From NCBI GenBank assembly GCA_024508675.1, contig JANINQ010000001.1:435162-499161 (forward strand): a DNA stretch of 64,000 nucleotides. The letters are read 5' to 3'. The position numbers and the translations under genes were made by a program. This DNA comes from Afipia sp. Lineage in GTDB: Bacteria > Pseudomonadota > Alphaproteobacteria > Rhizobiales > Xanthobacteraceae. Each line of letters starts with the position of its first letter. Position 1 is the first letter of the stretch. The notes beneath the pieces were generated by a model, which saw only the letters and a program-made list of their open reading frames with translations, had not been told where the DNA came from and did no database searches. Positions 39,675 through 49,063 of the stretch are shown one piece after another.

Positions 39675-41075
39675 ATGAACGCGAACCTTTCGGCGCTGCT
39701 CTATCTGGTCGCAGGCGTCCTCTTCATCCTCTCGCTGCGCGGGCTGTCGAGCCCGGCGTCCTCCCGCCAGGGCAATTTCTTCGGCATGGTCGGCATGACC
39801 ATCGCCATCGCCACCACGCTGGCGGCGCATCCGCCGGCCGACACGCTCGGCTGGATTCTCGTGATCGGCGGCATCGTGATCGGCGGCGGCATCGGTGCCG
39901 TCATCGCCCGCAAGGTGCCGATGACCTCGATGCCTGAACTTGTCGCGGCCTTCCACTCGCTGGTCGGCATGGCGGCGGTGCTTGTCGCGGCCGGCGCGTT
40001 CTATGCGCCAGCGGCTTTCGACATTGGCAGCCGCGGCAACATCCACGCCTCCAGCCTTGTGGAAATGTCACTCGGCGTCGCCATCGGCGCGCTGACCTTC
40101 ACCGGCTCGGTGATCGCGTTCCTCAAGCTGTCGGGCCGTATGAGCGGCGCGCCGATCATTTTGCCGGCGCGTCACATCATCAACATCGTGCTCGGCCTCG
40201 CGCTGGTGTTCTTCATCTACGGTCTGGTGCATTCGCAGAGCCAGCTCGACTTCTGGCTCATCACGATCATCGCGCTGGTGCTCGGCGCCTTGCTGATCAT
40301 CCCGATCGGCGGCGCGGACATGCCGGTCGTGATCTCGATGCTCAACTCGTATTCGGGCTGGGCGGCGGCGGGCATCGGCTTCACGCTGGGCAACTCGGCG
40401 CTGATCATTACCGGCGCGCTGGTTGGTTCATCCGGCGCGATCCTGTCCTACATCATGTGCCACGCGATGAACCGCTCTTTCATTTCGGTCATCCTCGGCG
40501 GCTTCGGCGGCGACAGCGGCGGTCCCGCTGCGGCCGGCACCGGCGAAGTGAAGCCGGTGAAGCTCGGCTCTGCCGACGACGCGGCCTTCATCATGAAGAA
40601 CGCGCAGAAGGTCATCATCGTGCCGGGCTACGGCATGGCGGTGGCGCAGGCGCAGCACGCCCTTCGTGAAATGGCCGACACGCTGAAGAAGGAAGGCGTC
40701 GAGGTGAAGTACGCGATTCATCCGGTTGCGGGCCGCATGCCCGGCCACATGAACGTGCTGCTCGCCGAAGCCAACGTGCCTTACGACGAGGTGTTCGAGC
40801 TTGAGGACATCAACTCGGAGTTCGCGCAGGCCGACGTCGCCTTCGTGATCGGCGCCAATGACGTGACCAACCCGGCGGCGGAAGAAGATCCGAAGTCACC
40901 GATCTATGGCATGCCGGTGCTTCAGGTCTGGAAGGCCGGCACCGTGATGTTCATCAAGCGCTCGCTGGCCTCAGGTTATGCGGGCGTCGACAACCCGCTG
41001 TTCTATCGTGACAACACGATGATGCTGCTCGGCGACGCCAAGAAGATGACCGAAAACATCGTCAAGGCGATGTAA
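39675..41075 (+). CDS. pntB: NAD(P) transhydrogenase beta subunit
   Basis: FHSLVG, GGADMPVVISMLNSYSG, VPGYGMAVAQ, HPVAGRMPGHMN, GANDVTNP. Confidence 0.98.
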   Translation: MNANLSALLYLVAGVLFILSLRGLSSPASSRQGNFFGMVGMTIAIATTLAAHPPADTLGWILVIGGIVIGGGIGAVIARKVPMTSMPELVAAFHSLVGMAAVLVAAGAFYAPAAFDIGSRGNIHASSLVEMSLGVAIGALTFTGSVIAFLKLSGRMSGAPIILPARHIINIVLGLALVFFIYGLVHSQSQLDFWLITIIALVLGALLIIPIGGADMPVVISMLNSYSGWAAAGIGFTLGNSALIITGALVGSSGAILSYIMCHAMNRSFISVILGGFGGDSGGPAAAGTGEVKPVKLGSADDAAFIMKNAQKVIIVPGYGMAVAQAQHALREMADTLKKEGVEVKYAIHPVAGRMPGHMNVLLAEANVPYDEVFELEDINSEFAQADVAFVIGANDVTNPAAEEDPKSPIYGMPVLQVWKAGTVMFIKRSLASGYAGVDNPLFYRDNTMMLLGDAKKMTENIVKAM

Positions 41076-41099
41076 GCGTCTCGTTCTGTTCCGCGAAAG

Positions 41100-41131
41100 C
41101 AAAGAGGCCGTGCACTGCACGGCCTCTTTTT
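41100..41131. terminator. Bidirectional terminator
   Basis: AAAGAGGCCGTGCA-C-TGCACGGCCTCTTTTT. Confidence 0.8.
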
Positions 41132-41132
41132 G

Positions 41133-41519
41133 TTACGCCTCTTTCGGGAGCCGATGCAGCGCACAGAGCTTGTTGCCGTCCGGATCGCGCAGATAGGCGA
41201 TGTAGAGCTTGACCCCGCCGCCTTCGCGGATGCCCGGGGGATCTTCGCAGGTCGTGCCGCCGTTCGCGATCCCGGTCGCATGCCAGGCATCGGCTTCCGC
41301 AGCCGAGGCGGCCGTAAATCCGATGGTGCCGCCATTGGCAAACGTGGCGGGCTTGCCATCGATCGGCTTCGAGACGGAAAACGTCCCGGTCTTGGTGCGA
41401 TAGAAGATGCGATGGCGGTCGACCGCTGCCGGCGGCACGCCGAGGGTCCCCAGCAGCTTGTCGTAGAATGCCTTGGCGCGATCGAGATCGTTGGTCCCGA
41501 TCATGATGTGAGAGAACAT
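41133..41519 (-). CDS. VOC/glyoxalase family protein
   Basis: MFSHIMIGTNDLDRAKAFYD, NGGTIGF, YIAYLRDPDGNKLCA. Confidence 0.92.
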   Translation of the reverse strand: MFSHIMIGTNDLDRAKAFYDKLLGTLGVPPAAVDRHRIFYRTKTGTFSVSKPIDGKPATFANGGTIGFTAASAAEADAWHATGIANGGTTCEDPPGIREGGGVKLYIAYLRDPDGNKLCALHRLPKEA

Positions 41520-41632
41520 TTTTTCGTTTCCTTCCCAAAAACAGTCCTTTTTGGTTACGGCATCTGGTTCTCGCGTGCAAATTTTCTGCGGACTGGCTAG
41601 GCGTTTTGCCGCCTCGCCGGTAGTATCGCGCC

Positions 41633-42733
41633 ATGAGCGCACAGACACACGTCCCCCGGTCAGCATGGATATTCCCCCTGCTGGCCGTTTTACTTTTTGC
41701 GTCGACATCGTTGCCCGGCATCGGGTTCAGCCATTCGGCCGGCGGTTACGCCTTCGCGGTCGTGCTTCTGATCATCTTGTTCGGAACGGTGTTTGCGGCA
41801 GTCCACCATGCTGAAGTGATCGCCCATAGGGTGGGTGAGCCTTACGGCACACTTGTTCTGACGCTGTCGGTGACGATCATCGAGGTCGCGATGATCGCAA
41901 GCATCATGCTCGGTGGCGAGAAGGGTGTGCCGACGCTGGCGCGTGATACCGTCTTCGCGGTGGTGATGATCGTCTGCAATGGTCTGATCGGCTGGGCCAT
42001 CCTTGCCGGAGGCATCCGCTTTCGGGAGCAGGACTTTCAGATCACGGGTGTAAAGGTCTATCTCTGTGTTCTGATCGTTATCTCAACCATCACGCTGGTC
42101 CTGCCGAATTATACATCTACAACGCCCGGGCCAGTCTTTGCGTCAAGCCAGCTCATCTTCGTCGGCATCACGACGTTGCTGTTGTATTGCGTGTTCGTTT
42201 ACACACAGACCGTTCTGCATCGCGATTATTTCATCGTCGAGAGCGAGGGCGACGGCGGAGACCATGCCGCCGCGTCGAATCAGGTCATGCTTGTCAGCAC
42301 GGTGCTCTTGCTGGTCTCGCTGGCGGCTGTGGTTCTGCTGGCGAAGAAATTCTCGCTCGTGGTGGATGCCGGTGCGGCTGCCATCGGCGCGCCGCCGGCC
42401 TTCGCCGGCGTCGTGGTTGCGTTGCTGATCCTGATGCCTGAAAGCGTCGCGGCGCTTGCGGCGGCCCGCAACAATGATCTGCAGAAAAGCATCAACCTTG
42501 CGCTCGGCTCGTCGCTGGCCACAATCGGCCTCACCGTACCCGTGGTTTCCGTCGCGGCCTATGTGCTGAAGGAAACGCTGATCCTCGGTCTTGATCCGCG
42601 TGACATGGTGCTGCTCGCGATGACGCTGCTGGTGAGCATGATGACCTTTGCGACGGGGCGTACGAACGTGCTGTTCGGCCTCGTGCATCTGGTAATTTTC
42701 GCGGTCTATATCTTTTTCGTACTGGTGCCGTAG
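41633..42733 (+). CDS. Ca2+/H+ antiporter (ChaA/CAX family)
   Basis: GEPYGTLVLTLSVTIIE, LILMPE, NLALGSSLATIGLT; multiple TM helices. Confidence 0.9.
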   Translation: MSAQTHVPRSAWIFPLLAVLLFASTSLPGIGFSHSAGGYAFAVVLLIILFGTVFAAVHHAEVIAHRVGEPYGTLVLTLSVTIIEVAMIASIMLGGEKGVPTLARDTVFAVVMIVCNGLIGWAILAGGIRFREQDFQITGVKVYLCVLIVISTITLVLPNYTSTTPGPVFASSQLIFVGITTLLLYCVFVYTQTVLHRDYFIVESEGDGGDHAAASNQVMLVSTVLLLVSLAAVVLLAKKFSLVVDAGAAAIGAPPAFAGVVVALLILMPESVAALAAARNNDLQKSINLALGSSLATIGLTVPVVSVAAYVLKETLILGLDPRDMVLLAMTLLVSMMTFATGRTNVLFGLVHLVIFAVYIFFVLVP

Positions 42734-42736
42734 GAA

Positions 42737-42776
42737 CGTAATTCCGAAAAGCGGGAAGCGGTTTTCGGATTGTGCG
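42737..42776. repeat. Short palindromic repeat, CCGAAAAG..GGTTTTCGG family
   Basis: TCCGAAAAGCGGGAAGCGGTTTTCGGA; related copies at about 55975 and 58967. Confidence 0.6.
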
Positions 42777-42796
42777 CGGCTGGAAATCGCGCAGCG

Positions 42797-44179
42797 CTAC
42801 TGATACGCCGCGACGATGTCGGTGATGGCGCGCTCAAGCTGCTTGGCCGTTGCACATTGGCGCACCACGCTGCAGAAGGTGGCATAGCGCGGCATCTCGG
42901 AATCGCCCCAGCCCCATACCATGCGGCCTTCGGGGTTGAGCCACACCAGCCGTTTGCAGCGCTCGGAAACGCGCTTGAGAATATCGGCCCGTGGATCGAG
43001 ATTGTTGGTCCGCGCATCGCCGAGCACGATCACCGTGGTCTGGGGCGTCACGGCACTGAGCGCGAGCTTCTCGAAATCCTCAAACGACTTGCCGTAATCC
43101 GACGAGCCGAAGCCAACCTGCGTCATGATCTCCTTCATCGCCTTGTCGGCATCCTCGTTTTCGAGGATGTCGCTGACCTCGATCAGGTGGCTCGAGAAGG
43201 CAAAGGAGCGGACGTCGGACACCACCTCGTGCAGGCTGTAGATCAGCAGCAGGAAGAAATCCGAGACCCGCGCCACCGATCCCGAGACGTCACAGATGGC
43301 GATGATCTTCGGCTTGTCGCGGTGACGGCGCTTCCAGGTGGTGAGGAACGGCACGCCGCCCCATGCGGCGTTGCGCCGGATCGTGCGACGCACATCGAGA
43401 TGGCCGCGGCGCTGGCGCTTGCGCGGTTTGCTGTAGCGTTCGCGCAAGCGGCGCGCGATCTGGCGGATCAGCACGCGCATCTGCTGGATCTGGCGCTGGT
43501 CGAGCTGCGACATCGGCGCGTTGCGCAGAATGTCGTTGCGCAGGTTTTCGCTTTCCTCGCGGCCGTAAAGCAGCAGCGCCTGCGAAACGGTATCGCGCAC
43601 ATTCTCGCGCAGGGCCTCGACCGCTGCGGCCAGCCGCTCGGCTTCCGCCGGGTTGCTCGCGTTCAGCGCGTCGAGATCGTCGCGCAGTTGCGAGATGCCG
43701 AGTTCGTTGAGGATGCGGCTGGAAAAGATGCCGCGCTGGGTGAAGAACCTGATCTCGGACAGCCCCGCCGCGCTCGATGCGTTGGCGATCGCGGCGGCAA
43801 TGCCGTTCTGGTCCTGCGACAGCAGCATCTGGGCCATGGGGCTGAGGCCCGGGGAGGGCGCGGAGGCAGCGCCGCCGGACGGCGCCTGTCCCTCCTGCGT
43901 TTCGCTGCTTTCTCCGGATTCCCCGGGTTCATTGTCGTTGTTCTGGGCCGGGGGCGCCGTGATTTCCGGCGGCTTGAAGAACAGGTCGAAGCATTCGCCG
44001 AGCGCCCGCTTGTCGTCGGTGTTCTTGGCAAGCGTCAGCAGGAAGGTGTCGCGCAACACCTCGCGGTCGGCAAAGCCGATCTCGGAGACGGCGCGCATCG
44101 CATCGATGCTTTCGGAGGGCGAAATCCGCACCCCGGCCCCGCGGGCCGCCCGAAAGAACCGATGCAGGTTTTCTCTCAT
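42797..44179 (-). CDS. CoxE-like VWA domain protein
   Basis: LDVRRTIRRN, MIDAS DVSGS, FAFS, GDARTN, WLNPE. Confidence 0.9.
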   Translation of the reverse strand: MRENLHRFFRAARGAGVRISPSESIDAMRAVSEIGFADREVLRDTFLLTLAKNTDDKRALGECFDLFFKPPEITAPPAQNNDNEPGESGESSETQEGQAPSGGAASAPSPGLSPMAQMLLSQDQNGIAAAIANASSAAGLSEIRFFTQRGIFSSRILNELGISQLRDDLDALNASNPAEAERLAAAVEALRENVRDTVSQALLLYGREESENLRNDILRNAPMSQLDQRQIQQMRVLIRQIARRLRERYSKPRKRQRRGHLDVRRTIRRNAAWGGVPFLTTWKRRHRDKPKIIAICDVSGSVARVSDFFLLLIYSLHEVVSDVRSFAFSSHLIEVSDILENEDADKAMKEIMTQVGFGSSDYGKSFEDFEKLALSAVTPQTTVIVLGDARTNNLDPRADILKRVSERCKRLVWLNPEGRMVWGWGDSEMPRYATFCSVVRQCATAKQLERAITDIVAAYQ

Positions 44180-44184
44180 CCGGT

Positions 44185-45132
44185 TTAACCGAAGACATTC
44201 TCGCGGCGGGTCTTGCCAATGAAGGCGGTGACCTGCGGCATGGTGGTCTCAATATCGGCTTCGTACTTGAGCAGCACGTTGAGCGTGTCCTTGACCATCT
44301 CATGATCCAGTTCGCTGGCCTGCAGCAGCACCAGCACGCGCGCCCAGTCGATCGCTTCCGACACCGACGGCAGCTTCTTCAGATCGAGCGTGCGTACATC
44401 GTTGATGAAGCTGACGATCTGCCGCTGCAGGGTCTGCGAAATGCCGGGGACACGGCTTTCCACGATCCGCTCTTCCAGCCGTTGCTCGGGGAAACCGATA
44501 TGCAGATGCAGGCAGCGGCGCTTGAGTGCGTCGCCAAGATCGCGTTCGCTGTTGGAAGTCAGGATCACCGTCGGCGGCGCGATCGCCGAGACAGTGCCGA
44601 GTTCGGGGATGGTGACCTGGAAATCGGAGAGGATTTCCAGCAGCAGCGATTCAAACTCAGCGTCGGACTTGTCGATTTCGTCGACAAGCAGCACACAGCC
44701 CTTCGGCTGTTCTAGTGCCTGCAGCAGCGGACGCGGCTCGACAAATTCCTTGGAGAAGAACACGTCGCCGAAGTCGTGCAGCTTGTTCAGCGCGGCCGGG
44801 AGTGTTTCGGCCTCGCCGAGCACTTCGCCGAGCTTGTCTTTCAGGATCTGGGTGTAGAGCAGTTGCTTGGCATATTTCCACTCGTACAGCGCCTTGGCTT
44901 CGTCCAGCCCCTCGTAGCACTGCAGGCGGATCAGCTTGAGGCCGCGCCATGCGGCCAGCGCCTTGGCAAGCTCGGTCTTGCCGACGCCTGCCGGTCCTTC
45001 GACAAGGATCGGCTTTTCGATTTGCTGCGACAGATAAACCGCGGTCGCGATCTGACGGTTGGCGATGTAGCCTGCCGAGGCCAATCCCTGTTCGACCGCG
45101 TCGATGGAGGCGGCAGGCTGATGTTCGGTCAA
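44185..45132 (-). CDS. MoxR/CoxD-like AAA+ ATPase
   Basis: Walker A GPAGVGKT, LQCYEGLD..KALYEW.Y, Walker B LLVDEIDK, LKRRCL; TTG start inferred. Confidence 0.92.
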   Translation of the reverse strand: MTEHQPAASIDAVEQGLASAGYIANRQIATAVYLSQQIEKPILVEGPAGVGKTELAKALAAWRGLKLIRLQCYEGLDEAKALYEWKYAKQLLYTQILKDKLGEVLGEAETLPAALNKLHDFGDVFFSKEFVEPRPLLQALEQPKGCVLLVDEIDKSDAEFESLLLEILSDFQVTIPELGTVSAIAPPTVILTSNSERDLGDALKRRCLHLHIGFPEQRLEERIVESRVPGISQTLQRQIVSFINDVRTLDLKKLPSVSEAIDWARVLVLLQASELDHEMVKDTLNVLLKYEADIETTMPQVTAFIGKTRRENVFG

Positions 45133-45369
45133 GATTGTGAACTCCAAGAAGGCTTTGCGGTCGGGGATGGAACGCGCAGCCGAAATCCGGCAGCGGTGGA
45201 ACTCTACCCATGTGCTACGCCGCTGCGAGGCTTTCGTCCATATCAGCCCGGCCATGCGTCAGTGCAGGCCTGACCCGCTGTGCGAAATCGGGCAGGTCCC
45301 GGCTTTCTCGCGTTGCTGTGACCGCGGAACGTCTTGCCTGTTTGAAACAGGAACTGTAGGTCTGGCGGG

Positions 45370-45813
45370 ATGCTGATGCGGTTGACCAGTGGATTCAGGG
45401 TGAAGGCGGCGCGTGTTCTTGTGGCGCTCTATGCCATTTGCCTTGTCGTGCCGGTCGCCGGATTTGTGCTGGCGGACAGTGCGCTGGCCCATTGCCTGAC
45501 GCCATCCGCGCCGGTCCAGCATGTAAGCGAAGCCGTTCACGATCATCACGCCATGCATGCCGGGGATGATCATCATGCCAGCGCCGGAACCGCTGCTGCA
45601 ACGGACGATCATGCCGGAACGGATCACACCGGCGGCAAGTCCACGCCTCCCTGTTGCGGCGTGATGTGTGTCAGCGCCATTCCAGCCAGCCCGTTCGAGC
45701 TGTCACCTCGGGCCGTTGCTCATGCGGCGGTTCTGGCCGTGTCCGACGCAGGCATTTCCGGCGAAGCGCCCGACAGTCTCTACCGCCCCCCGATCGTCCT
45801 CATGTCGCTCTGA
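45370..45813 (+). CDS. Secreted His-rich CxxxC protein with C-terminal RPP motif (DUF2946/CruR/CutF-like leader)
   Basis: Signal/TM helix, HDHHAMHAGDDHH, CCGVMC, LYRPP near the C-terminus; heads the copper operon. Confidence 0.75.
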   Translation: MLMRLTSGFRVKAARVLVALYAICLVVPVAGFVLADSALAHCLTPSAPVQHVSEAVHDHHAMHAGDDHHASAGTAAATDDHAGTDHTGGKSTPPCCGVMCVSAIPASPFELSPRAVAHAAVLAVSDAGISGEAPDSLYRPPIVLMSL

Positions 45814-45874
45814 TCGCCGGCGCCGTGGCTGAATAGCCGCGCGCCTCCGACCCTGTTCGACATTCGAGGACATC
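45792..45874 (+). promoter_or_regulatory. RBS-sequestering RNA stem between leader and next gene
   Basis: GTCCTC-ATGTCG (45796-45807) is complementary to CGACAT-tc-GAGGAC (45858-45871), which contains the RBS of ATG 45875. Confidence 0.65.
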
Positions 45875-46165
45875 ATGCTCGCGCAATATCCGGCGAGGCC
45901 CGCTGCCGTTGGTTCGGTGGCGACGGCACGCGTGCCGCTATCATTCAGATCGTTGTTTCTTTCATCCACCTTGCTGCTTCTTACGGGGTGTGCGGCGCAG
46001 CCTCCCGTCCCGGCGGGTCCTGATCCATCGGAGCCGAATGCACGGGCGCCGCGCGTGGATTACCGCTCAACGGTGAGCGGCTACACCAGCCAGCGGCCCG
46101 TGGCTCCGTCCGCCTGGAAGAAACAGAACGAGCAGGCCGCGCCTGCTCCGAAGTCCGGTGGGTAG
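45875..46165 (+). CDS. Small lipoprotein of the copper operon
   Basis: Lipobox LTGC, VDYRSTVSGY..QRPV.P..W..QN; GAGGA RBS. Confidence 0.75.
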   Translation: MLAQYPARPAAVGSVATARVPLSFRSLFLSSTLLLLTGCAAQPPVPAGPDPSEPNARAPRVDYRSTVSGYTSQRPVAPSAWKKQNEQAAPAPKSGG

Positions 46166-46172
46166 GTGCACC

Positions 46173-47639
46173 ATGACCCATCCGGATTTCACAAATTCCG
46201 TTCTGAACGGACGCCGCACCGCGTGCGGTATCGGGCGATGGCTGATGGTGAGTACGGCGTTGCTGCTGTCGGGCTGCGCCCCGTTCTCGTCCGATGGCGG
46301 CATGGGCATGGTCACCGCCACCGTGTCGCAGGATCTCGGCAAGGAGGCTTCCGCACAGCGCACGCCCGATGATGCAGCCGCGGCCCGTAGCACCGTGACG
46401 AGGCTTCTCGCCAGGCCATTGTCGGCGGAGGCGGCCGTGCAGATCGCGCTGCTCAATAATCGCGGACTGCAGGCGGCGTATAATGAACTCGCCATCGCGG
46501 AGGCGCGGGCCGTCGAGGGAAGCCTGCCGCCGAATCCGGCGATCTCGCTGTCGCGGATCGCAGGTTCGGTGGAAGTCGAGGTCGAGCGCAAGATCGTTGC
46601 CAATGTGCTGGCGCTTGCGACGCTGCCGATGCGCTCGCAGATCGCAGCCGATCGCTTCCGGCAGGCGCAGATCATTGCCTTGAGCGAAACACTGCGGATC
46701 GCAGCGGAGGCGCGTCGCGCTTACTATCGCGCTGTCGCCGCCCGCGAATTTGCAGGCTTTCTTGCACAGGCGCAGTCCGGCGCGGAGACAGCGGCAAAGT
46801 TCGCTGCTCGTCTTGGCGAGACCGGCGGCATGAACAAGCTCGATCAGGCGCGCGAGCAGGTGTTCTACGCAGACCTGACCGCACAGCTTGCCACTGCGCG
46901 TCAGCGCGCGGCGAGCGAACGCGAAGCGATGATCCGCACCATGGGCCTTTGGGGCGATGATCTGGCGTTCAAGATGGCGGCGGCTCTGCCGCCGCTGCCC
47001 TCGCGTCCGCAAGCATTGCCGGACATCGAAACCGAGGCGGTCCGCCGTCACGTCGATCTGAAGATCGGGCGGCTTGAGCTGGATGCGCTGGCGAAGTCTT
47101 ACGGGCTGACCCAGGCGACGCGTTTCATCAACGTGCTCGATGCGGGCCTCTCCGCAAAGACCACGCGCGAGAAGGCGACCGGCGAGAAAATCCGTGACCG
47201 TGGTTTCGATGTCGAATTGCAGATTCCGATCTTCGATTTCGGCGAGGTGAGGGTCCGCGAGGCGGAAGCCACCTATATGCATGCGGTCAATCGCCTGACG
47301 GAGCGCGCAGTCAATGTCCGCTCCGAAGCGCGCGATGCGTATCGCAGCTACAGGTCGGCCTACGACATCACCATGCATTACCAGAAGGAGGTGTTGCCGC
47401 TGCGCAAGATCATCTCCGATGAAACCCTGCTTCGCTACAACGGCATGCTGATCGATGTGTTCGCGCTGCTGGCAGAGGCACGCCAGCGCATCGCGGCAAC
47501 GACCGCGGCGATCGAGGCGAAGCGGGACTTCTGGCTTGCGACCACGAACCTCAACACTGCCGTGATGGGCGGAGGCGTGTCCGCACGCAGCGAAACTGCT
47601 CTGGCGTCCGGTGCGGCCGCCGAGCCAGCGCAGCATTGA
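46173..47639 (+). CDS. TolC/OEP family outer-membrane lipoprotein (copper resistance)
   Basis: Lipobox LSGC, AVQIALLNNRGLQA, GFDVELQIPIFDFG, DVFALLAEAR. Confidence 0.9.
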   Translation: MTHPDFTNSVLNGRRTACGIGRWLMVSTALLLSGCAPFSSDGGMGMVTATVSQDLGKEASAQRTPDDAAAARSTVTRLLARPLSAEAAVQIALLNNRGLQAAYNELAIAEARAVEGSLPPNPAISLSRIAGSVEVEVERKIVANVLALATLPMRSQIAADRFRQAQIIALSETLRIAAEARRAYYRAVAAREFAGFLAQAQSGAETAAKFAARLGETGGMNKLDQAREQVFYADLTAQLATARQRAASEREAMIRTMGLWGDDLAFKMAAALPPLPSRPQALPDIETEAVRRHVDLKIGRLELDALAKSYGLTQATRFINVLDAGLSAKTTREKATGEKIRDRGFDVELQIPIFDFGEVRVREAEATYMHAVNRLTERAVNVRSEARDAYRSYRSAYDITMHYQKEVLPLRKIISDETLLRYNGMLIDVFALLAEARQRIAATTAAIEAKRDFWLATTNLNTAVMGGGVSARSETALASGAAAEPAQH

Positions 47640-47645
47640 AGGAGA

Positions 47646-49061
47646 ATGACAATGATTTCACGTCGCGCAATTCTCGGATCGGCTGCGGTGCTGGCAGGCG
47701 CAAGCGCCGTCAGCGGCCGCGTTCAGGCCGCCAGCATCCCCGAAGCACCAACATCGACTACGAACACGATGCAGGCGCCGCTCGTTCCCACCAGCGGGCC
47801 GGACTATCAGCCTGTGGTCACGCTCAATGGTTGGACGCTGCCATGGCGCATGAATGGCGACTGGAAGGAATTCCATCTCGTTGCCGAACCTGTGGTGCGC
47901 GAGTTCGCGCCCGGCATGGTGGCGCATCTGTGGGGCTATAACGGCCAGTCGCCCGGCCCGACCATCGAGGCGGTCGAAGGCGACAAGGTGCGCATCTTTG
48001 TCACCAACAAGCTGCCGGAGCACACGACCGTGCATTGGCACGGTCTGTTGCTGCCGAACGGCATGGATGGCGTGACGGGCCTGACGCAGCCGCCGATCGG
48101 CGTCGGCAAGACCTTTGTTTATGAGTTCGTTCTGACCAAGAGCGGCACGTTCATGTACCACCCGCATGCCGACGAGATGGTCCAGATGGCCATGGGCATG
48201 ATGGGCTTCTTCGTGGTGCATCCGAAAGACCCCGCCTTCCGGCGCGTGGACCGGGACTTTGTGTTCCTGATGTCGGCCTACGACATTGATCCCGGCACCT
48301 ATCTGCCGAAGGTGTCGGAGATGACCAATTTCAACATGTGGACATGGAACAGCCGCGTCTTTCCCGGCATCGATCCTTTCGTTGCAGCAAAGGGCGACAA
48401 GGTTCGCATCCGGTTCGGCAACCTCACCATGACCAACCATCCGATCCACATGCACGGCCATGACTTCAAGGTGTCGTGCACCGACGGCGGCTGGGTGCCG
48501 GAAGCGGCAGCGTGGCCCGAGGTCACCGTCGATTGCGCGGTCGGCCAGATGCGCGCCTTCGATTTCGTCGCCGACAAGCCCGGTGACTGGGCGATCCACT
48601 GTCACAAGTCGCACCACACCATGAATGCGATGGGACATGACCTGCGCAATTTCGTCGGCACGAAGAAGAGCGATCTCGTCAAATCGGTGCGCAAGCTGGT
48701 GCCGGACTACATGCCGATGGGCAATGCCGGCATGGCCGACATGGGCGAGATGGAAATGCCGCTGCCGGACAACACGCTGCCGATGATGACCGGCTTCGCG
48801 CAATTCGGTGCGCTCGAGATGGGCGGCATGTTCTCGGTAGTGAAGGTGCGGGAAGGACTCGCATCCGGCGACTACAGGGACCCCGGCTGGTTCAAGCACC
48901 CGCAGGGCACGGTGGCCTACGAGGTCGCGAGCGTGGACGCGCCGCCGCCATCGAAGAAGGCTGCCCCGCAGTCAAACTCAAAACCTGCGGTCGAGATGAA
49001 TGTCGTCAAGCCTTCCAAAACTCCTTCCAAGATTCCTGCCATGAACCACAAGGGACACTGA
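47646..49061 (+). CDS. Tat-exported two-domain multicopper oxidase with Met-rich tail
   Basis: SRRAILG Tat signal; HWHG, YHPH, HPIHMHGH, HCHKSHHTMNAM. Confidence 0.93.
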   Translation: MTMISRRAILGSAAVLAGASAVSGRVQAASIPEAPTSTTNTMQAPLVPTSGPDYQPVVTLNGWTLPWRMNGDWKEFHLVAEPVVREFAPGMVAHLWGYNGQSPGPTIEAVEGDKVRIFVTNKLPEHTTVHWHGLLLPNGMDGVTGLTQPPIGVGKTFVYEFVLTKSGTFMYHPHADEMVQMAMGMMGFFVVHPKDPAFRRVDRDFVFLMSAYDIDPGTYLPKVSEMTNFNMWTWNSRVFPGIDPFVAAKGDKVRIRFGNLTMTNHPIHMHGHDFKVSCTDGGWVPEAAAWPEVTVDCAVGQMRAFDFVADKPGDWAIHCHKSHHTMNAMGHDLRNFVGTKKSDLVKSVRKLVPDYMPMGNAGMADMGEMEMPLPDNTLPMMTGFAQFGALEMGGMFSVVKVREGLASGDYRDPGWFKHPQGTVAYEVASVDAPPPSKKAAPQSNSKPAVEMNVVKPSKTPSKIPAMNHKGH

Positions 49062-49063
49062 AG

